In this document: positions 59,094-64,000 of the stretch, in pieces
Layout of the letters: every line of letters starts with the position of its first letter
How positions within the stretch are numbered: the stretch's first letter is position 1
Source: Patescibacteria group bacterium UBA924
GTDB lineage: Bacteria; Patescibacteriota; Microgenomatia; UBA1400; PJMF01
Assembly (NCBI GenBank): GCA_002293725.1
Contig: DBDU01000019.1
Span: 11,792-75,791, forward strand
Direction of reading: 5' to 3'
DNA: 64,000 nt
Notes under the pieces: generated by a model
What the model was told of the DNA's origin: nothing
Seen by the model: only the letters and a program-made list of their open reading frames with translations
Database searches by the model: none
Made by a program: the position numbers and the translations under genes

Positions 59094-60005
59094 TTATGAC
59101 AGTGATCTAAAGTACTCCACTGTCTTTTGCAAGCCTTCTTGAATCGCCACTTTGGCTTTCCAACCTAAAAGCTCAGTTGCTTTAGAAGAGTCAGCAACTA
59201 AGACAAGTGGGTCACCTGGCCGATTCGGAAAGTTATGAATATTTGCTTTCTTTCCTAAAAGCTCTTCGAGCATAGTGATAACTTCGCGAACCATGGTTGG
59301 CCGGTTGGTAGATAAGTTAAAGTAGTGGTACTTTTCAGGTTGATTCTGACAAAGTGCTATTGCTTGCAAGTGAGCATCCACCACATCAGTGATGTAAATA
59401 AAGTCGCGTTGGTGTTCACCACTCCCCCAGACAGTTACTTCTTGCCCTGTCTCAATCTGGTGGATAAAACGAGGAATTGCATGAGACTCTGGTTCGTGGT
59501 GTTCTTCAGGTCCGTATAAATTGAAGTAACGTAAGCCAACACCTGTCATTTGATATGAAGCAACATATGAGCTTACTAAAGCCTCCATAGCAAGCTTGGT
59601 CATACCGTATGGATTAATCGGTAGAGTTCGATCATCTTCTTTAATCGGAGTGTGCAATGGTTCACCATACACGGCTGCACTTGAAGAGAATATAAAGTTC
59701 TTTACCCCATTCTGTCTCATTGCTTCCAGGACTGAAACAGTACCGGAAATATTAACGTCGACAAACCGTTGGGGAAACTTGACGGACTCACCAGCTTCAA
59801 TCAGTGCCGCTAAGTGAAACACCGTATCAGCATCTGTAATTACTTCAAGCATTTTTTGGCTGTCACAGATATCAGCGATAACTGTTTCTACGTCGGGATT
59901 GGGTTTGAGGTCGACATTTTTAACGCTGTGACCCTCGGCGATCAATGCTTTACATAGGTGATGGCCTAAGAATCCAGACCCACCAGTAACAATTACTTTT
60001 GCCAT
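59094..60005 (-). CDS. NAD-dependent sugar epimerase (GalE-like)
   Basis: TGGSGFLG, SSSAAVYG, YGMTK, RYFNLYGP; SD AGGAG. Confidence 0.9.
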   Translation of the reverse strand: MAKVIVTGGSGFLGHHLCKALIAEGHSVKNVDLKPNPDVETVIADICDSQKMLEVITDADTVFHLAALIEAGESVKFPQRFVDVNISGTVSVLEAMRQNGVKNFIFSSSAAVYGEPLHTPIKEDDRTLPINPYGMTKLAMEALVSSYVASYQMTGVGLRYFNLYGPEEHHEPESHAIPRFIHQIETGQEVTVWGSGEHQRDFIYITDVVDAHLQAIALCQNQPEKYHYFNLSTNRPTMVREVITMLEELLGKKANIHNFPNRPGDPLVLVADSSKATELLGWKAKVAIQEGLQKTVEYFRSLS

Positions 60006-60013
60006 GCTCACTC

Positions 60014-61249
60014 CTAACTTAACCAATAGCCTTGGACAAATAAGACTGTATTGATTGCTAGACTAATTACAAATACTCCATTTACTACCCAGAACAGCCT
60101 TGGCCTTGATTCCAGGTAACTCATAAGCAGCAAGTATAGCGGAAAACAGACTAAGATGTAGCGAGGCATACTTGAGAACGTTCCAGTAACAGTTGGCATT
60201 AAGAAAGCACCTAAAGCAAAAAGAACATACGAAAGTCGCACTCTCCAAAGTGAGAAAAACAAGGCTATTGCGCCTCCAATTCCAGTTAGGAACTCCAGAA
60301 AGTACGTGTAGTACCCCCAACTTTGTGGTGGTACAGTCAGTAAAATCCGTAAAGACCGCCAGGCAACTTGCGGATACAAAACGATACTTTCCTGTCTTCC
60401 GGCCCCAAACTCACTTTGGACATGAAGGAAGTACAGTGGATCACCAAAGGTGTTCGCTAAGTATGCTGTATAAGCGAGTAAGCCTACTCCCCCTAGCAAG
60501 ATCAACAAGATCTCTCGCCAGCAGCTATCAGCAAAGCTTCTGAGCTGAGAAAAACGCAACTGTTTTGTTGCTGATTTAGGATGAGTGTTTCGCCATTGGA
60601 GCCACAGCTCAACCAGTAGCGCTGGTAAGAGGAAAATGCCAACCACTCGTGTAGCTGTAGCAATAATCGTTAAGCCAGCTGCAAGCGCCCACTGTTGTCT
60701 TCGGGCGGTATAAAAGGCAGCGATAATAGTGAAGAAAAAGAGTGACTCGGTATATAACGCACCAAAGAAAAATGATGTAGGAAAGATGAGTAATAAAGTA
60801 AGTCCAACCCAGGCACGGCGAACGCCATACTCAGATTTAAGAAAAGCGAACCACAACAGAAATGAGGCCAAAGCAGCTATATTGCTTACCAATAACCCTA
60901 CCAGTAAGGTATTCATTTCGCCGCCGCTGAGGATAAAAAGAGTTCTCAGGATGACAAACGGGAAGAACGGGAAAAATGCCTGAATTAAACCTGTACCGAT
61001 ATAACCTTTTTCGGCAATTGTTAGATAGTGTACGCCGTCAAAGTTGGCCCAACTGAAAAGCCACTGTGGCAAGTTATATCTTGGTAAGATGGCATCGGCA
61101 TAGGGGAAACTTGGATCGTAGAGAATCAAGTGCCCAGCAAGTGCTCCCAATAAAAAAAGCCCAACGCGCCAGCCTAAAAAAGCAACCACAATTTTTATAA
61201 CTTCTTGATTAGTCAGACCGAAAATGCTTTTTTTTATACTAGCTGTCAT
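60014..61249 (-). CDS. PIG-V/GT76-like GT-C mannosyltransferase
   Basis: WANFDGVHYLTIAEKGY, AFFPFFP, FFGALYTESLF, TRVVG, SMPRY. Confidence 0.82.
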   Translation of the reverse strand: MTASIKKSIFGLTNQEVIKIVVAFLGWRVGLFLLGALAGHLILYDPSFPYADAILPRYNLPQWLFSWANFDGVHYLTIAEKGYIGTGLIQAFFPFFPFVILRTLFILSGGEMNTLLVGLLVSNIAALASFLLWFAFLKSEYGVRRAWVGLTLLLIFPTSFFFGALYTESLFFFTIIAAFYTARRQQWALAAGLTIIATATRVVGIFLLPALLVELWLQWRNTHPKSATKQLRFSQLRSFADSCWREILLILLGGVGLLAYTAYLANTFGDPLYFLHVQSEFGAGRQESIVLYPQVAWRSLRILLTVPPQSWGYYTYFLEFLTGIGGAIALFFSLWRVRLSYVLFALGAFLMPTVTGTFSSMPRYILVCFPLYLLLMSYLESRPRLFWVVNGVFVISLAINTVLFVQGYWLS

Positions 61250-62972
61250 GTTTCTCTCGTCTCTGTGCAAAGAAAAGCGACGCTACAGTACAGAGTGCAG
61301 TGGCAAAGGTAAGGAAGGAAAGGGCATTTCCTAATACTCTTGGCCAAGTCCATTGAGTGAACTGACTATGAACGGTAAAAGTTCCTGGTTCGAGACGGTA
61401 GGCAATCCTCCCTCCGATGAGTTGGTCATCTTCGTATGAGACTGGTTGAGAGGTACTATTACTTTCGATAGTTGTTTGCCAACCAGGAAAGTTCATGGTT
61501 GGCTCTGCAATCAAAGCTGGGCTGCTGACAATGGCTTGATAAGAGCGTCGACTTCCATTCCAACTAAGGACATTTATTTCAGCCTGACCGCTGAGTACTG
61601 TTGGTACTGGTTGCCAGTCTCCTAGTTCGCTAAACGTAAAGTTTCGTGCAAGGTTTTCATTACTTGTGGTGGTACTTTGCTCAAAAAGGTCATAGTGAAG
61701 TGACGGTTTATTAATGTACCCAACGGGAGCAAGCCGAAGCAGGATGACAGTCTGAATGACCACCAGTAAGACTAAGAGGTACTTTTGCCAGGCAATGTTT
61801 CTTTGAAAGACATATCCAACTAAGAAAGTATTAGCAATTAAAGCCAGTAGGCCCAGTCGCCAAGGGAATTGAATAAATCGGACAAGTGGTGTGGTTTGCC
61901 AGAGTGAGTGAGTTACTGTAGTTTGCAGCAAAGTAAGCAGGATAGTTGCTATAAAGAAAATCAAGAAAGTGCTTTGATCTTTGGTGTGGCGATGCTTCTT
62001 GCCTAGCCTGTCGGCGATAACAAGACCAATACTACAGCCGATTGCTCCAAGCTGAGTCAGACCGAGTGCAAAAGAGAGTGAGTCGACAGAGCCAACATAC
62101 GAGTAGCCAAACTGGATAGAGCTACTTACTAGCTGTCTAAAAGTGGGAAAGTGTTGAGCATACTGTTGTGCTAGTGCGCTCCCGCCTACCACAATACTTG
62201 ATTGCTCAGCTAATGCCGGAATCCAGAACCAAACGGAGAGTCCTAAACCGAAGAGTAAAGCAGTGATTGTTCTGAGTAAGCCGTCTTGTGTGCTTCGCTG
62301 TCGCCAGAGACTCCACCCCAGAATGAGTGGAGTGGCAAAGAGAACGGTGACGTTGTGTGAAAGGAAGAATGCTCCCAAAATACTGCCACCCAAAACACTT
62401 TCCAGTGAGAAAATGCGAGAAAGTAAGGACCGTTGTTCGATAACTGCTTTGCGGTCTGAACTGTACTCAACCCACAACAGCCAACAAAGAATCAGAGATA
62501 GGGCCATTACTTCACCCACGTTCCCTCTGAAAATAATCGACTGAAAAAGATATGGTGAAGCAGCAAAACTCGTACTTGCTACGACTCTCCCCCAAAACGG
62601 AACTCCCAACTTAGTTAACCATAACCAGGTAGCGTAAATCGCGACGAAAACAGAGCTAAACATAATTATTTTAAAGGTAAAGTGGTAGGGTATCTTTGCT
62701 ACAGAAAATGGCAACGAAACCAAGTTTGCGAGTGGATAGTTATAGTTAAAAACGGGATAGCCCAAACGATGATAGAGGTTTGGAGCGAAACGAGGGGGAA
62801 ACTGCCCCTCCCTGATTGCTATCTTATAGTTGGCAAAACGAGCCAGGTGATTTTCCCCGTCGTGTGTATCTGGTACTCCAGGATGAAAGTATGCTTTGCA
62901 CGAAATAAACGTCAGAACGAGGCAAAAAAACAGTCTACTAAGCTGAACAACTGATAAGCGTGGACGTCTCAT
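61239..62972 (-). CDS. GT-C-like membrane protein (YfhO / PTPS-related domain)
   Basis: THDG..H..R, G.FPPR.A, GYPVFNY.YPL, RG..GE, IQFPWR, FPGW. Confidence 0.78.
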   Translation of the reverse strand: MRRPRLSVVQLSRLFFCLVLTFISCKAYFHPGVPDTHDGENHLARFANYKIAIREGQFPPRFAPNLYHRLGYPVFNYNYPLANLVSLPFSVAKIPYHFTFKIIMFSSVFVAIYATWLWLTKLGVPFWGRVVASTSFAASPYLFQSIIFRGNVGEVMALSLILCWLLWVEYSSDRKAVIEQRSLLSRIFSLESVLGGSILGAFFLSHNVTVLFATPLILGWSLWRQRSTQDGLLRTITALLFGLGLSVWFWIPALAEQSSIVVGGSALAQQYAQHFPTFRQLVSSSIQFGYSYVGSVDSLSFALGLTQLGAIGCSIGLVIADRLGKKHRHTKDQSTFLIFFIATILLTLLQTTVTHSLWQTTPLVRFIQFPWRLGLLALIANTFLVGYVFQRNIAWQKYLLVLLVVIQTVILLRLAPVGYINKPSLHYDLFEQSTTTSNENLARNFTFSELGDWQPVPTVLSGQAEINVLSWNGSRRSYQAIVSSPALIAEPTMNFPGWQTTIESNSTSQPVSYEDDQLIGGRIAYRLEPGTFTVHSQFTQWTWPRVLGNALSFLTFATALCTVASLFFAQRREKHDS

Positions 62973-64000
62973 GACAAGTTGAGCACTTTTTTATACACAG
63001 CAACTGTTTCTTCGGCTACTTTGGTCCAAGAAAACTGCTGACTCCAAGTATACGCAGCTTTAATCACCTCTTGGCGATGAGTTTTACTCCACTTGAGAAC
63101 GGTGAGAACGGCATCAGCAAATGCCTCGGCTTCGGGCAGTACAAGTTGAGCGTGTTCTCCACCGACTTCAATCAAAGAGGAGTTCTTTGACGCGATGACT
63201 GGAACTTTTGCTTGCATTGCTTCTAGAACTGGTAATCCAAACCCTTCATACAGTGAAGGTTGAATGTACGCGACTGCACCTGAGTAAATAGCGGCTAGCG
63301 AATCGAGGTCATCAACTCCAAGGTTAGTTATAAACTGGACTCGATTAGGAACGTCACTTAACGCCACTTGAGCCTCGATCCAACGCCACTCAGGAATGTC
63401 TTGCTCAGTAAAGTTTTTTCCAACACATACCAGATGAATGTCTTCAGGTAAGTACTTCAGCATTTTCACGAGCTGAGGAATGTTCTTGTTGTAGTTAATA
63501 TCACCCACATACAAGACATATTGTGCCGGAAGACCCAGTTTCTGGCGTACAGTATCTTGCATTTTTTCTGATTGAGCCAAGATTCCAGGTGGGGCGGCTA
63601 AATAAATCGGATGAACCAAGTTAGGTTTTACTTTCAAGTACTTGATAATATCTTGACGTGACGCTTGTGAGTCAGTAATAACTGCCTCTACGCTTTGCAG
63701 CGCAAAAGCCTGTTTATAGAAACGAAGCTTTCCTTTTCGCCCTGGTTTATAGTGTTCTGGAAACTTAAGAGGAATTACGTCGTGTACGGTTACTACTGTT
63801 TTAAACTTCCGAAATAAAGGAAGAGTAGAAAAAAAGAGGTCAAAGAACGGATAGTGAATAAGCGTGGATTTGGCGTCGTACTGTTGAATATTTTTGTGAA
63901 AGTGACGCACATCTTCTCTATTTTCAACTGGCACGACATTTAGATCTTCCCTTTTTTCCAGCTCTTGCTTAAGCAACCGAGTGTAGGTACCAATTCCGCG
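62969..64000 (-). CDS. GT4 glycosyltransferase; 5' end outside the window
   Basis: Frame open to the window edge (RGIGTYTRLL), TVHD, NKN, EGFGLPVLEAM. Confidence 0.9.
   Translation of the reverse strand, partial: RGIGTYTRLLKQELEKREDLNVVPVENREDVRHFHKNIQQYDAKSTLIHYPFFDLFFSTLPLFRKFKTVVTVHDVIPLKFPEHYKPGRKGKLRFYKQAFALQSVEAVITDSQASRQDIIKYLKVKPNLVHPIYLAAPPGILAQSEKMQDTVRQKLGLPAQYVLYVGDINYNKNIPQLVKMLKYLPEDIHLVCVGKNFTEQDIPEWRWIEAQVALSDVPNRVQFITNLGVDDLDSLAAIYSGAVAYIQPSLYEGFGLPVLEAMQAKVPVIASKNSSLIEVGGEHAQLVLPEAEAFADAVLTVLKWSKTHRQEVIKAAYTWSQQFSWTKVAEETVAVYKKVLNLS

Noticed and set aside
1-64000. Genetic code 25 (TGA=Gly), prophage, IS or defence system
   Set aside because: TGA ends full-length conserved genes such as ftsA and mraY; no integrase, transposase or phage genes seen

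Overview
Chromosomal window from a bacterium using genetic code 11. Compact gene packing, protein families and gene order suggest Patescibacteria/CPR, probably Microgenomates (inference). All but one gene lie on the minus strand. (1) 1-1.95 kb: 5' part of a type-2 ileS, missed by the ORF track, preceded by a T-box riboswitch. The T-box has the ultra-short Stem I known from actinobacterial translational ileS T-boxes, but it is coupled to a transcription terminator. (2) 2.6-21.7 kb: division/cell-wall cluster mraZ-rsmH-ftsL-ftsI-murE-yvcK-murC-murB-murA-mraY-murL-murD2-ftsW-murG-ftsQ-ftsA-ftsZ. It carries the racemase-independent MurD2/MurL route, an Asp-type MurA and an EDPR-type MurE, and has no murF or ddl. 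(3) 22-27 kb: surface proteins, recO and a DUF4012 protein. (4) 27-64 kb: a large surface-glycan locus with GT2/GT4 enzymes, about seven GT-C-fold membrane transferases including a PIG-V-like one, Wzx, ManC, UDP-xylose synthase, and methyl- and acyltransferases, with ruvCAB embedded. Several genes have a -10 hexamer 6-7 nt before the ATG, which suggests leaderless transcripts. No CRISPR array, tRNA, rRNA or mobile element was seen. All calls are by eye; no database searches were run.
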